NCBI GenBank assembly: GCA_963813715.1
Contig: CAWFAK010000005.1
Coordinates: 1,248,001 to 1,312,000 of the forward strand
Length of the DNA: 64,000 bases
Source: an uncultured Planctomycetaceae bacterium
GTDB lineage: Bacteria > Planctomycetota > Planctomycetia > Planctomycetales > Planctomycetaceae
Direction of reading: 5' to 3'
Part shown: positions 23,060-33,471 of the stretch, piece after piece
Layout of the letters: every line of letters starts with the position of its first letter
Position numbering within the stretch: position 1 is the stretch's first letter
The notes under the pieces: model-generated
Databases searched by the model: none
What the model was told of the DNA's origin: nothing
Seen by the model: the letters and a program-made list of their open reading frames with translations, nothing else
Program-made: the position numbers and the translations under genes

Positions 23060-23917
23060 ATGTCGACTGTCGGCAAGGTCCTCGTTGTCATGCAAATCGC
23101 GTTCAGCGTCCTGCTGATGGCGTTTGCCGGCGGTGTTTATTCGGTGCAGACCAACTGGAAGACAAAGGCTACGGCGGCTGAAAGCAAGCTCTCCAAGGCT
23201 GAGACGGATGTCCGGAACGCCAAGGCGAACGCCAAAACCATTCAGGACAAGGCCGTCGCCACCGAAAAAACGCTCAAAGATGCGGCCGACAGGGCCCAGG
23301 GCACGGCGGACGCCGAAAAAGCGCAGATTACCCAGTTGCAACGGAATTTGACGCAGACGCGGACCGAGCTGGAAAACATCCGTGCCGAGGACAAGATCGC
23401 CGGCGAGGAGGCTCGCGCCCGCCGCGACGAGGCCCTCAACATGCGGAAGATCAACGACGAGCTCCATCGCACCCGCGATGAGCAGATCACCCTGGCCCAC
23501 CAATATGCCGACAAAATCGTCAACCTCGAGCAGCAAAATAAGGCGATGACCGAGAAGCACAACAAGCTGCTCGGCGATTACGCCATCCTGCAGAAATTCA
23601 TCCGTATCAAGGGATTCGACTCGGATCCGCGTGAAGTCGCCGGACTGGCCGAACCGGCCCCCATCGTTTACGGCCTGGTGCTCAATACCCGCAAGGGGGG
23701 ACGCAACGGGGCCGAGCTGATCGAGATCAGCCTGGGCAGCGATGCCGGATTGGCGAAGGGGCATGAGCTCTTCGTTTACCGGTCGGACGGCAAAGGCAAA
23801 TATCTGGGCAAAATCCGCCTCGATTATGTCGATTACAAGACGGCCGTCGGCGTTGTGATTCAAACGACCAAAAACGGGCAAATTCAGGTAGGGGACAATG
23901 TCACCACGAAGCTCTAA
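23060..23917 (+). CDS. Membrane-anchored coiled-coil protein with C-terminal beta domain
   Basis: AGGAG RBS; MSTVGKVLVV TM; long coiled coil; ELIEISLGSDAGLAKG...YLGKIRL beta-rich C-terminus. Confidence 0.88.
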   Translation: MSTVGKVLVVMQIAFSVLLMAFAGGVYSVQTNWKTKATAAESKLSKAETDVRNAKANAKTIQDKAVATEKTLKDAADRAQGTADAEKAQITQLQRNLTQTRTELENIRAEDKIAGEEARARRDEALNMRKINDELHRTRDEQITLAHQYADKIVNLEQQNKAMTEKHNKLLGDYAILQKFIRIKGFDSDPREVAGLAEPAPIVYGLVLNTRKGGRNGAELIEISLGSDAGLAKGHELFVYRSDGKGKYLGKIRLDYVDYKTAVGVVIQTTKNGQIQVGDNVTTKL

Positions 23918-24047
23918 GAAGAAATCGGCCCGTCCTGAGGGTCCGCCCCCGGTGCTCGACGTTTACGTCGGGTTGCTCCTGTTCTCCGTCGGGGCGCTGA
24001 TCGTGGGCATCCTTTTCCTCAAGTTCCAGCTGGACGCCTACCTCTAA
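23898..24047 (+). CDS. 49-aa single-TM small protein (not in ORF track)
   Basis: MSPRSSKKKSARPEGPPPVLDVYVGLLLFSVGALIVGILFLKFQLDAYL; overlaps previous stop; purine-rich GGTAGGGG upstream; GC3-rich codons. Confidence 0.7.
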   Translation: MSPRSSKKKSARPEGPPPVLDVYVGLLLFSVGALIVGILFLKFQLDAYL

Positions 24048-24239
24048 ACCGGCCCTGTCGATCGCGACCGCTCCGACTGAACGGTGGGGTCCAGCCCGCC
24101 GCTGATGGGCCGCCTGGACGCCGTCTTGCAGCATTTCGCGTTTCGCGATACAACTCCGCCGACTGCAAGACCTTAAATCCACTCCCCGCCGCCAGAAGCC
24201 GGCGCCAACGCTTCCCCCCATCCGTCGCGAGCAGCATGG

Positions 24240-25289
24240 ATGCTGAACCGCTTGCGCAATTGGCTCTGTCCCGATCTCGCCATCGACCTCGGGACGGCGA
24301 ACACGCTGATCGCCGTGCAAGGTCGCGGCGTGATCGTCGATGAGCCGTCGGTGGTCGCCCTGCAAAAGGGAAGCCGGCGGGTTCTGGGCAAGGGCACGGC
24401 CGTCGGCAAACTCGCCAAGCAGATGCTGGGCCGCACGCCCGATTCGATCACCGCCGTGCGGCCGCTCAAAGACGGCGTCATCACCGACTTCGAGTTGTGC
24501 GAGGCCATGCTGCGGTATTTCATCCGCAAAGCGGGCCGCCAGTCAGGCGGGTTAAGGCCGCGCGTGGTGATTGCGGTGCCCGGCGGCATCACGCCGGTCG
24601 AAAAGCGGGCCGTCTTCAACAGCGCCGAGCGCGCCGGGGCCGGCCGCGTCTACCTGCTCGAAGAGTCGAAGGCGGCCGGAATCGGGGCCGGGCTGCCGAT
24701 CTCCGAACCGCTCGCCAGCATGGTCTGCGACATCGGCGGCGGAACCACCGACGTCGCCATCTTGAGTCTCGCCGACGTCGTGGTCAGCCGGTCGATCCGC
24801 ATCGCCGGTGACGAAATGGACGAAGCCATCGTCGATTATCTCAAACGCCACTTCTCGCTGAAGATCGGCCTGCAGACGGCGGAGCAAGTCAAAATTGAAA
24901 TCGGCAGCGCGTTCCCGCTGGAACAGGAACTGTCGCGGGAAGTCAGCGGACTCGACACGATCAGTGGCGTACCCCGCAAGGCTGTCGTCACCAGTGAAGA
25001 GATTCGCGAAGCGCTCCGTCTGCCCGTCGAGGCGATCCTCAACTGCATCAAGGTCGTGATCGAGCAGTGCAAACCGGAGTTGGTCGCCGACCTGGCTGAC
25101 ACCGGCCTGGTGCTGACGGGAGGTGGGGCTCTCTTGCGCGGGCTGGCAACCTATCTCAACGAGCAATTGGGAATCCCCGTCCGCGTGGCCGACGACCCCC
25201 TGACGACTGTTGCCCGCGGAACGGCCATCTGTCTCGAACACCTGGCCCACTGGCGCGACAGCCTCGAGACCTCCGATCGCGATGTTTGA
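24240..25289 (+). CDS. mreB: Rod shape-determining protein MreB
   Basis: AIDLGTANT, PLKDGVITDF, CDIGGGTT, VLTGGGALL. Confidence 0.96.
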   Translation: MLNRLRNWLCPDLAIDLGTANTLIAVQGRGVIVDEPSVVALQKGSRRVLGKGTAVGKLAKQMLGRTPDSITAVRPLKDGVITDFELCEAMLRYFIRKAGRQSGGLRPRVVIAVPGGITPVEKRAVFNSAERAGAGRVYLLEESKAAGIGAGLPISEPLASMVCDIGGGTTDVAILSLADVVVSRSIRIAGDEMDEAIVDYLKRHFSLKIGLQTAEQVKIEIGSAFPLEQELSREVSGLDTISGVPRKAVVTSEEIREALRLPVEAILNCIKVVIEQCKPELVADLADTGLVLTGGGALLRGLATYLNEQLGIPVRVADDPLTTVARGTAICLEHLAHWRDSLETSDRDV

Positions 25290-26263
25290 GTGCGTCCATG
25301 CGCCGTTCTTCCCGGAATCGATCGACGCTGCTGGCCGCCTTCGCGACCTGTGCCGCCGCCGCAGTGCTGTTCCTGTCGCCACCCGGGATCCAGTCGGCCG
25401 TGCGAAGCGCGGTGCTCGACATGGTCGGGCCGAGCCAGGCTTGGGTTTTTGCTCGCTACGAATCGGGCCGGCAGCTCGTCCTTGCTCAGATCACGAGATT
25501 TCGGCCGAGCGCAACAAGCAGTGCGCCGACGCTCGCGGCTGACGCGGATGAGCGGGTCGTCGCTCTCGAACAGGCTTGTCGTCGTCTCCGCCTGGAAAAC
25601 GCCCGTCTCCGCGACGAGCTGATTCTGGCCGAAAAATACGGCGTTTCCCCCGTCCCGGCTTCAGGCCGCCGCTCCTTCGAACGGCCGACCGTCGTCCTCG
25701 CCTCCGTGATTCCCCAACGGGCCCCCGCGGCAGCCGTCGAGCAGATGTTGGGCGCCGGCCGCGGACAGGGTCTGGCGGAGTCGGACGTGGTTGTCGACCA
25801 GTCGCGGCCGCACCTCGATCAGGGTTCCGACGCCGGCGTCGAGCCCGAACTGGACGTGCTGATTGGCCGGTGTGTCGTCGGGCGCATCGCCTCGGTGGGC
25901 CGTTGGGCGAGCGCGCTTGAGCCGATCACCGATCCGCGCTATCGCGGCCTGGCTCAGATCATCCGCCCCAGCGATCAAGGCGGCTCGTTCGGAGCGGAGG
26001 GAATTCTGATCGGCCAGGGGACCGAGTTGCTGAAGCTGGCCGAGGTGCCCACGACCCAATCGGTCCGTGTGGGCGACGAGGTTTACACCAGCGATCGTGA
26101 TCGCCGTTTTCCGATCCCCCTCTATTACGGCCGCGTCGTGACCGTCACGGAGGCGGGCCGCAACTGGGACATCACCGTCCGCCCGGCCGCCCGCGTGAGC
26201 GATCTCAAGACTGTCGCCGTGCTCAAATTCAATCGGCCGGCTGGAAAGACGTTGGCGGAATAA
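25286..26263 (+). CDS. mreC: Rod shape-determining protein MreC
   Basis: TM, coiled coil LRLENARLR, LDQGSDAGV, VVGRI, VGDEVYTS; follows mreB. Confidence 0.85.
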   Translation: MSASMRRSSRNRSTLLAAFATCAAAAVLFLSPPGIQSAVRSAVLDMVGPSQAWVFARYESGRQLVLAQITRFRPSATSSAPTLAADADERVVALEQACRRLRLENARLRDELILAEKYGVSPVPASGRRSFERPTVVLASVIPQRAPAAAVEQMLGAGRGQGLAESDVVVDQSRPHLDQGSDAGVEPELDVLIGRCVVGRIASVGRWASALEPITDPRYRGLAQIIRPSDQGGSFGAEGILIGQGTELLKLAEVPTTQSVRVGDEVYTSDRDRRFPIPLYYGRVVTVTEAGRNWDITVRPAARVSDLKTVAVLKFNRPAGKTLAE

Positions 26264-26266
26264 CCA

Positions 26267-26797
26267 ATGAAACCTTCTTTGGCCGCAATGCTGAGCGCGC
26301 TGGCTCTACTGGCCGCGCCGATTGTCGATCAAGCATGCGGTGATCGGTCCTTCCGTCCCGACTTTGTGCTGGCTCCCTTGGCAATTTGTGTTTCGCTGTG
26401 TCCCGGCGGACCGGCCGTTGTTTGCTGCGGCGTACTGGGATTGATTCTCGATTGCCTGGCCGGGCCTCACTTGGGGGCACGGGTCGCCGCCTTTTGTCTG
26501 TTGGCAGCGGCGGCCTCACTGGCTATCGGCCGACGCAATGAATCGTGGCCGCGTCGCCTCTTCGGCTGGTGGACACTGCTATTCCTCGCCGGAGCGATTT
26601 CGCAGTTGATCACCCATTCGTCCGTCGGAGGCGAGTTGCACGTGTCGGTCGTGGCCGTCGACGCCGCGCTTCGGGCGGTCGCGACCACGATTCTGCTCGC
26701 GGCCGCAGAACTTGTTGCCCAGTTGCTGTGGACCACCCGGCGGACTTCGGGCTCCCGCTTCGCACCGGTGATCGGCCGATTCGCAGGCGGGGATTGA
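26267..26797 (+). CDS. mreD: MreD-like membrane protein
   Basis: RPDFVL, GLILDCLAG..LG, ~5 TM, lies between mreC and PBP2. Confidence 0.7.
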   Translation: MKPSLAAMLSALALLAAPIVDQACGDRSFRPDFVLAPLAICVSLCPGGPAVVCCGVLGLILDCLAGPHLGARVAAFCLLAAAASLAIGRRNESWPRRLFGWWTLLFLAGAISQLITHSSVGGELHVSVVAVDAALRAVATTILLAAAELVAQLLWTTRRTSGSRFAPVIGRFAGGD

Positions 26798-26802
26798 CGG
26801 CG

Positions 26803-29098
26803 ATGGACAACCGCCCCACGAATGTCTTTTTCGCCGCCAGCCGTTCCTCGTCGAGTGACTCGGCTCTGCATGGGACCGATCGGAACGAAGGTGGGAGCGG
26901 TCGGTTGATCTGGTTGTTTGTCGCCTTCGCGATGCCGCTGGCCGTTGTGTCGGCCAGGCTCGTGCAGTTGCAATGCTTTCTGGCGGATGAATATGTGGCC
27001 GCCTTCGAGACCACGACCGATAGCGTTGAGCCGATCCCCATGACCGACGGACGCATTTACTTGGGCGACGGGCGAGTTCTGGCCGAGGATGTCGAGCGCT
27101 ACAACATCAGCGTCCATTACCGCTGGCTCGAGGATCCGCCCGACGAACAATGGCTGACTCGTCAGGCAGTCTCCGGCCTGACGCGGGCCGAGCGTCGCAA
27201 TCGAACCATCGTGGCCGCGCAAAAAAAGACCTGCTTGACCGCCGCGCAGCCTTGTGGGCACGCCTGGCAGACTTGTCCGGCGTGTCGCCAAAGGCGTTGA
27301 CCGCGAAGCGGGCCGCGATTCAGCAACGCGTCGAGCGAGTCGGAGCCCGTCTCGCCGAGCGGCAGGCGGCTCGCGAAAACGAAGTCTCCGAGGAACCGGC
27401 CACCTGTGACGTTGGGGGCTCGACGCTTGCGCAGCGTTTGGAATCTGATATCGGCCGCGCTTACGACTCCGCCGCGGCGCGAGGCCGACGAGCCGATCAT
27501 TGCCCGCGAAGCACTCGACTATCATCCGGTCGTCGAAGACGTTTCTCTTGATGTGCGTGCCGAGATCGAAGGCCATCCGCGGTTGTTTCCGGGAGTGCGC
27601 GTCGGCTGCCTGTCGCGGCGCGTCTACTACGACAGCGCGTTCGCCCCGCACGTCGTGGGGGTCCGCGTGCCCGTCACGGAAGCCGAATTGAAGGGCAGCC
27701 AGCCGAAGTCGGAATTGGCATTCGACCGGTCGGACCTGGCCGATTCGCCCGCCGACGCCTCCCCGGCCGACCCGCTCGACTACCAGTCGGGCGACCGGAT
27801 CGGTCACGGCGGCGTCGAAGCAGCGTACGATTCGCATTTGCACGGCCTCCACGGACTGCGAAAGATCACCCGCAACCGTTACGGCGAAGTCGTCCGCGAG
27901 GAAACGATACGCTCGCCGCGACCGGGCGGCAGCGTCGAGCTGACGCTCGACGCGACCGTGCAACGAACGATGGAGCGATTGCTCGACGCCGCTTTGCGGG
28001 CCAATCCCGCGACCGGCCCGTCGGCCGAGGAGCACGTTCCGACCGGGGGCGCCGTTGTCGCAATGGACGTTCAAAGCGGCGCCGTGTTCGTGATGGCCTC
28101 GGCCCCGCGGTTCGACCTGGGCACGACCGGCGTCCCGGACGCCGCCACGTGGAAGCGGCTCACTGCTGACCCGTCGCGACCTTTGTTTCATCGCGCCCTC
28201 CAATCGGCGCTACCGCCGGGATCGGTCTTCAAAGTTCTGTCCGCCGTCGCGCTGCTCGAGAGCCACAAGATCGATCCGGACGAGCGCTACGAATGTCGCG
28301 GCTACCTCGACCATCCCGAGCGGTTCCGCTGTTTGATCTATGCGCATCAGAAAATCGGCCACGGTCCAGTCGATCTGAGCACAGCGCCTGAGCCGCTCGT
28401 GCAACGTGTATTTCTTTCAGGCGGCCGACCGGCTCGGCCCGCAGCCGATCGTCGATTGGGCCGTGCGATTCGGCATCGGCCGACCGACGGGCATCGACCT
28501 GCCTTTCGAGAAGGCGGGCCACCTCCCGGATCCGGACGCAGCTCAGGACGCGACTGGGAGGAAAACGGCCAGTCCCTGGCACCGGGGGGACACGCGCACC
28601 TTGGCGATCGGCCAGTCGAGCCTCACGACTACGCCCCTGCAGATCGCGCGAGTGATGGCGGCGATCGCCAATGGAGGCGATCTGGTCACGCCCGTTGTCG
28701 CCCGCCGGTCGGGCCCGCGTCTGGCGGATGAGGACGCCGCCAGCAGTCTGTCGCGGCGGGTGCATATCCCAGGACTCTCGGACGGAACACTGGCGAGAAT
28801 TCGTTCCGCGCTGGCCAAGACCGTGGCCGACCCCGCCGGCACCGCCTACAACACCGTCCGCACGACAGAGATTTCGATCGCAGGAAAGAGCGGCACGGCC
28901 CAGGCCGGCCGCGGACAAGCCGATCACGCCTGGTTCGCGGGCTACGCTCCGGCTGACAATCCCCGCGTCGCCTTCGCCGTGGTGCTCGAGCACGCCGGTT
29001 CCGGCAGCAAGGCCGCCGGCCCGCTCGCCCGCCAGCTCGTCGAAGCACTCCTCGCCGACGGCGTGCTGCAGCGCGAGCGAGTGGCGCTCGGCAATTGA
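26803..29098 (+). CDS. mrdA: Class B penicillin-binding protein, PBP2-like (several frameshifts)
   Basis: RLVQLQ, GRIY, IGHGGVEAAYD, LTLDATVQ, PPGSVFK (SxxK), SCN across the shift near 28390, AIGQ, GKSGTAQ, HAWFAGYAP. Confidence 0.9.
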
Positions 29099-29147
29099 GT
29101 CGACAACGACGAGAAGGCGGATTCGCGTCTGGCTCGACTGATTTGCT

Positions 29148-29399
29148 ATGCTAGCCGCCATGGGCGAAGCAGCCGAGCATTTATTCAATCGCAAAAGTGC
29201 GGCCCCCGCGCTGATCACCGCGATGCAGGATTTGGCCGACCGCAGCGGGCGGACGCTGGATTCCCTGGATCAGATGCGGCTCGGCGACGCGTTCGATCTG
29301 GCGGTCGAGCTTTACGGTAACGATCTGCCCGAATACTGGCGGATCTGGAACGATTGGAACACGGCCCCCGACGAGCCGCGGCCGATGGGCGACCTGTAG
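29148..29399 (+). CDS. Small acidic hypothetical protein
   Basis: 83-aa ORF co-directional between PBP2 and mnmA. Confidence 0.65.
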   Translation: MLAAMGEAAEHLFNRKSAAPALITAMQDLADRSGRTLDSLDQMRLGDAFDLAVELYGNDLPEYWRIWNDWNTAPDEPRPMGDL

Positions 29400-29430
29400 T
29401 GCGCGGCGGCGTGAAGGACGTTTGAAGACG

Positions 29431-30609
29431 ATGAGCCGGCGCGTGGTCTTGGCGATGAGCGGCGGCGTGGACAGCTCCGCGGCCGCCGTCCTCTTGAAGC
29501 GACAGGGTTACGACGTCGTCGGTCTCTTCATGCGGTCGGGCGCGACCGAAGAGGCGGTTTGCGCGACAACCGATCGGGGCGTGGCCTGCGCCACGACGAG
29601 CGGTTCCTCGCTGCCGATCATTTCGGGGCCATTGCCCTCGGCGGAGACAACGCCCGCCCCGCAGCGAGCCTCGCACAAACAGGGCTGCTGCAGCGCGTCG
29701 GACGCGGCTGACGCCCGTCGCGTGGCCGACCTGCTCGATCTGCCGTTTTACGCGCTCAACTTTCAGGACGCGTTTGGCCGTATCAAGGACTACTTCGCGG
29801 ACGAATACCTGAGCGGCCGCACGCCCAACCCCTGCGTGATGTGCAACAACTGGCTCAAGTTCGGCAAGCTGTGGGAGTTTGCCCAGCAGGTCGATGCCGA
29901 GGCCATCGCGACCGGACACTACGCCCAACTGCGCGACGTTGATGGGGACGACCGGCCGGCTCTCGTCCGCGGGAGCCGACGTTTCCAAGGATCAGTCCTA
30001 CGTCCTCTTTGGCATCGCGCGGGAGCTGCTCGATCGGATTATTTTTCCCGTCGGCGGTTTCGAGAAGCCGGCGATCCGCGAGCTGGCCCGCGAGGCCGGC
30101 CTGCGCGTCGCCGACAAACCCGATAGCCAGGAAATCTGTTTCATTCCCGACAACGACTACGCCGGCTTTATCCGCAAGTATCGTGGAATCGACGACGACC
30201 TGTCGGGCGAGTTTGTCGACAGGGCCGGCGCGGTTCTCGGCCGGCACGACGGCTGTCATCACTTCACCATCGGCCAAAGGCGCGGCCTGGGAATTGCCTT
30301 CGGATCGCCCCGCTTCGTGGTCGCGATCGAACCGGCGACGCGCCGCGTCGTTCTGGGGACGCACGACGAGTTGGCCCGGCACGAGCTGGACGCCGATCGG
30401 ACGAATTGGCTCGATTCCGCAGGTTCCGACCAGTTTTCGTTGCCACGCCCAAATCCGCTACCGCCATGACGCGGCCGGCGCTGAAGTCACGTGTCGAGGG
30501 GGACCGAATTCACGTCCGCTTCGACGAGCCGCAATTCGGCGTCACCCCCGGCCAGGCCGTCGTGCTCTACGACGGCGACCGCGTGCTGGGCGGCGGCTGG
30601 ATTCGCTGA
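29431..30609 (+). CDS. mnmA: tRNA 2-thiouridylase MnmA (frameshifts)
   Basis: [54 protein letters not shown]. Confidence 0.95.
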
Positions 30610-30685
30610 TAATTGGGTCCTCGGTACCGTTTCGTGAGATGCCGCCTTCAATAGGTGGACCTGGCTCCTTCTCGCCTGACCGCAG

Positions 30686-30723
30686 ACGCTGTAGATTCGT
30701 AGAAACGCTGTCCCTTCGTAGAA
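30686..30723. repeat. 19-bp tandem direct repeat upstream of the LRR gene
   Basis: ACGCTGTAGATTCGTAGAA / ACGCTGTCCCTTCGTAGAA (16/19 identical). Confidence 0.6.
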
Positions 30724-30755
30724 GTTGAGAACCTCGCGGGCCGCGGAGAGCGGGT

Positions 30756-33413
30756 ATGGCCGAGCTCGAATTTCCGGCCGACGCCGGCAGCCGGCCAGCG
30801 GGCCGGCACAGGCTTGGGCCGCGCCCCTGGTTGATCGCGCTTTCTTGCGCAGCGGCCGCAGTCGCCGCATACACCGCATGGGGCAAGCATCGCGCCCGCC
30901 GGCTTTCGGACTTGAACGAGGAACTCGGGCAATCCTCCGGTTACGAGTTTCACGCCTCGGACACGGGCGTGACGTGTCGCGGGATTGCGATTAGTGACGA
31001 ACTTGCCCAGAGCATTGCCTCCGTGCCGACGATCTCTTCGCTCGATTTCACCGCGTGCCGCATTTCCAAGGATGCGCTGGAATCAATCACCTCCCTCCCC
31101 AACCTCAGCTATCTCAATCTGGTTGATTGCCGGTTCACTGGACCCGGAAAAGTCCGCTTCGGCAGCTCGCAATCCTTGGCGCGCGTCACGCTGAAAACAA
31201 CGAAACTCTCGGAGTCGAATCTCGCCGAATTCTTGTCGGAGCAATCGCATCTGGAAACGCTGAAGCTCGAGGATACGGGGATCACCGACGGCGACCTCAA
31301 GGGCTGGACGGCGTCTACGGAACTGAGCAACGCCTTCTTCCGGGAATCCGGCCTCACTGCATCCGGGCTGGCGGGATTGATGCGTTGTCAGTCGCTCACG
31401 ACGCTCTCGGTTACCGGCTCAGGCATTGACGACGATGGACTGGCGGTCATCGCGCGGCTGGGCTCGCTCTCGAGCCTTGATCTTTCCAATTGTGGCGCGC
31501 TCGATGGGAGCGGCCTTGCGCATCTCGCGCCGCTGGCTAACCTCGCGAGTCTCGACCTCAGCAGCACCCTGGTGACCGATCGTGGTCTGCAAAATCTGGT
31601 CAACGGATTCCCGGCGTTGTCTCGTGTGCGACTGCGAAATTGCGACAGGATCACGGATGCCGCCATGGAATCGCTGGCCCGGTTACCGCGGCTCACGTTG
31701 CTGGATTTGACTCACACGAACGTGACCGGGCGGGGATTGAAGTTTTTGAGCGGTCACGGCTCGCTGCGCGTGCTGGAGCTCAGCATAACGAAATTGGACG
31801 ATCCGGGCCTATCGGCCCTGGGGGCGCTGCCCGCGCTCACCTCGCTCGACCTTTCGAACACTCGAATCGCCGGGGGGTCGCTCGCCCGTTTGCAGAACTG
31901 TCCGCGATTGGAGATCCTTTCGATCGCCGGGTGCGCCGTTTCGCAACGCGCGGTCCAGAGCCTTCGCTCGGCCGCTCCCGCGCTCCGCTCCCTCGACTGC
32001 TCCGGATGCGCCTCAATCGACGACGAGACAATCGAGGTCTTGCGCGGCCTGGCCCACCTCCAAGCCATCGAGTGTCAAGGCACGCGAGTCTTCGATTCGT
32101 GGAACGGACGTGCGGGTCCGCGAGTCGAGGGCGGCTCAAATGGGGTGGTGACCGCGCTTACGAACGCGGAGATTGACGAAGCGGCCGCTCTCGACTTGAG
32201 TGCCGGCGGAATGCTGCGCAGGCTGACTCTCAGTCATTGCCGGCTGTCGTCGAAGGCTCTCCAGATCGCGACGAGTTCGCCGGCGCTGAGAGTCCTCGTG
32301 CTGGACGGCTGCACGATCCTCGAGAACAATGCCGGACAACTGGGCAGTCTGGAGCGACTCGAATCGTTGACAATCCGCGACACGGCCTTCGACGCAGCCG
32401 ATCTCGCGCGAGTCTGTGGCGGCCATCGGCTTTTTCACCTGGCGCTGGGCGGGTCTGCCGTCTTGGCGCTAACTGGATGGCCCGGGGCGCCTGCCGCGCA
32501 AAACATCGATCTGCAGGGAGCGCGTTTCGGTGGGGATGCCCTCCCCGGCCTTCAGAGATGCACGGCGCTTGAAAGTCTCGATCTGAGCAACAGCGACGCG
32601 GCGGACGCGGTGCTCCAGAACATTCAGCGGCTTGATAAGCTGGCAACGCTCAACCTCCCTCGTTGCAAGCACGTGACGGATCGCGGACTCGCCTACCTCG
32701 CGAAACTTCCCCAGCTACGGTCGTTGAGTCTGAGCGGAACGAGCATCACCGATCCTGGGCTCGAGGCGCTGTCGCGGCTTCCCTCACTTACCACTTTAGA
32801 TCTGTCGGTGACGAGCCTGGATGGGCACGGGTTGATTTATTTCAAGCAGTGCAAGAACTTGAGAGATGTGAACCTCGCCGGGACGAAGCTTACCGACGAA
32901 TCGATCGCCGCCGCGGGGTTTCCGCCCTTGCTTTCGAGCCTGTCCGTTGCCAAGACCTCCCTTCATGGCTCCGGTCTTGCGAGTCTGACGAACGTGAAAG
33001 GACTGCAAACTTTTGACGCGAGTGGATCGGACCTCGACGACGATGGCCTGCAAGCAATTGCCGCGATTCCAACCCTCGCGAGCTTGGATGTCTCGCATTG
33101 CGCCAGGATCACCGATGCGGGCGTGCGGCGAATCGCAAAGATGTCCCGCCTGCGGTCTCTCAACTTGTGCGGGACGCAAACGAGCGATGTGGCTCTCGAG
33201 GCAATTGCGGCGATGCCAGCTCTCGGGACACTCAATTTGCGGGAGACGCGGGTGACTGCACGGGGCGTTCAGCAACTCTCGTCGTGTCCTTTCCTCAACA
33301 ACCTCGAGGCTGACGAAACAGTCCGACCTCGGTCCGTGCTGCTTGACATCACGCGGCGGCGGAGTGCAACCAGGAGTGCCCTGCAGAGCGACAGGATCGG
33401 ACAGGCAAAATAA
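30756..33413 (+). CDS. Leucine-rich repeat protein with N-terminal TM
   Basis: Many ~24-aa LxxLxLxxTxITDxGLxxL repeats. Confidence 0.92.
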   Translation: MAELEFPADAGSRPAGRHRLGPRPWLIALSCAAAAVAAYTAWGKHRARRLSDLNEELGQSSGYEFHASDTGVTCRGIAISDELAQSIASVPTISSLDFTACRISKDALESITSLPNLSYLNLVDCRFTGPGKVRFGSSQSLARVTLKTTKLSESNLAEFLSEQSHLETLKLEDTGITDGDLKGWTASTELSNAFFRESGLTASGLAGLMRCQSLTTLSVTGSGIDDDGLAVIARLGSLSSLDLSNCGALDGSGLAHLAPLANLASLDLSSTLVTDRGLQNLVNGFPALSRVRLRNCDRITDAAMESLARLPRLTLLDLTHTNVTGRGLKFLSGHGSLRVLELSITKLDDPGLSALGALPALTSLDLSNTRIAGGSLARLQNCPRLEILSIAGCAVSQRAVQSLRSAAPALRSLDCSGCASIDDETIEVLRGLAHLQAIECQGTRVFDSWNGRAGPRVEGGSNGVVTALTNAEIDEAAALDLSAGGMLRRLTLSHCRLSSKALQIATSSPALRVLVLDGCTILENNAGQLGSLERLESLTIRDTAFDAADLARVCGGHRLFHLALGGSAVLALTGWPGAPAAQNIDLQGARFGGDALPGLQRCTALESLDLSNSDAADAVLQNIQRLDKLATLNLPRCKHVTDRGLAYLAKLPQLRSLSLSGTSITDPGLEALSRLPSLTTLDLSVTSLDGHGLIYFKQCKNLRDVNLAGTKLTDESIAAAGFPPLLSSLSVAKTSLHGSGLASLTNVKGLQTFDASGSDLDDDGLQAIAAIPTLASLDVSHCARITDAGVRRIAKMSRLRSLNLCGTQTSDVALEAIAAMPALGTLNLRETRVTARGVQQLSSCPFLNNLEADETVRPRSVLLDITRRRSATRSALQSDRIGQAK

Positions 33414-33471
33414 GACGCTTTGCACCGCATGACTAGAACTGTCGGAAAGCCTTTCAACAGTGGGACGCAGC

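Noticed and set aside
26467..28203. 578-aa minus-strand ORF and similar long antisense ORFs (50666..52132, 58452..59987, 13457..14707)
   Set aside because: They lie opposite well-supported genes and have no domain signal
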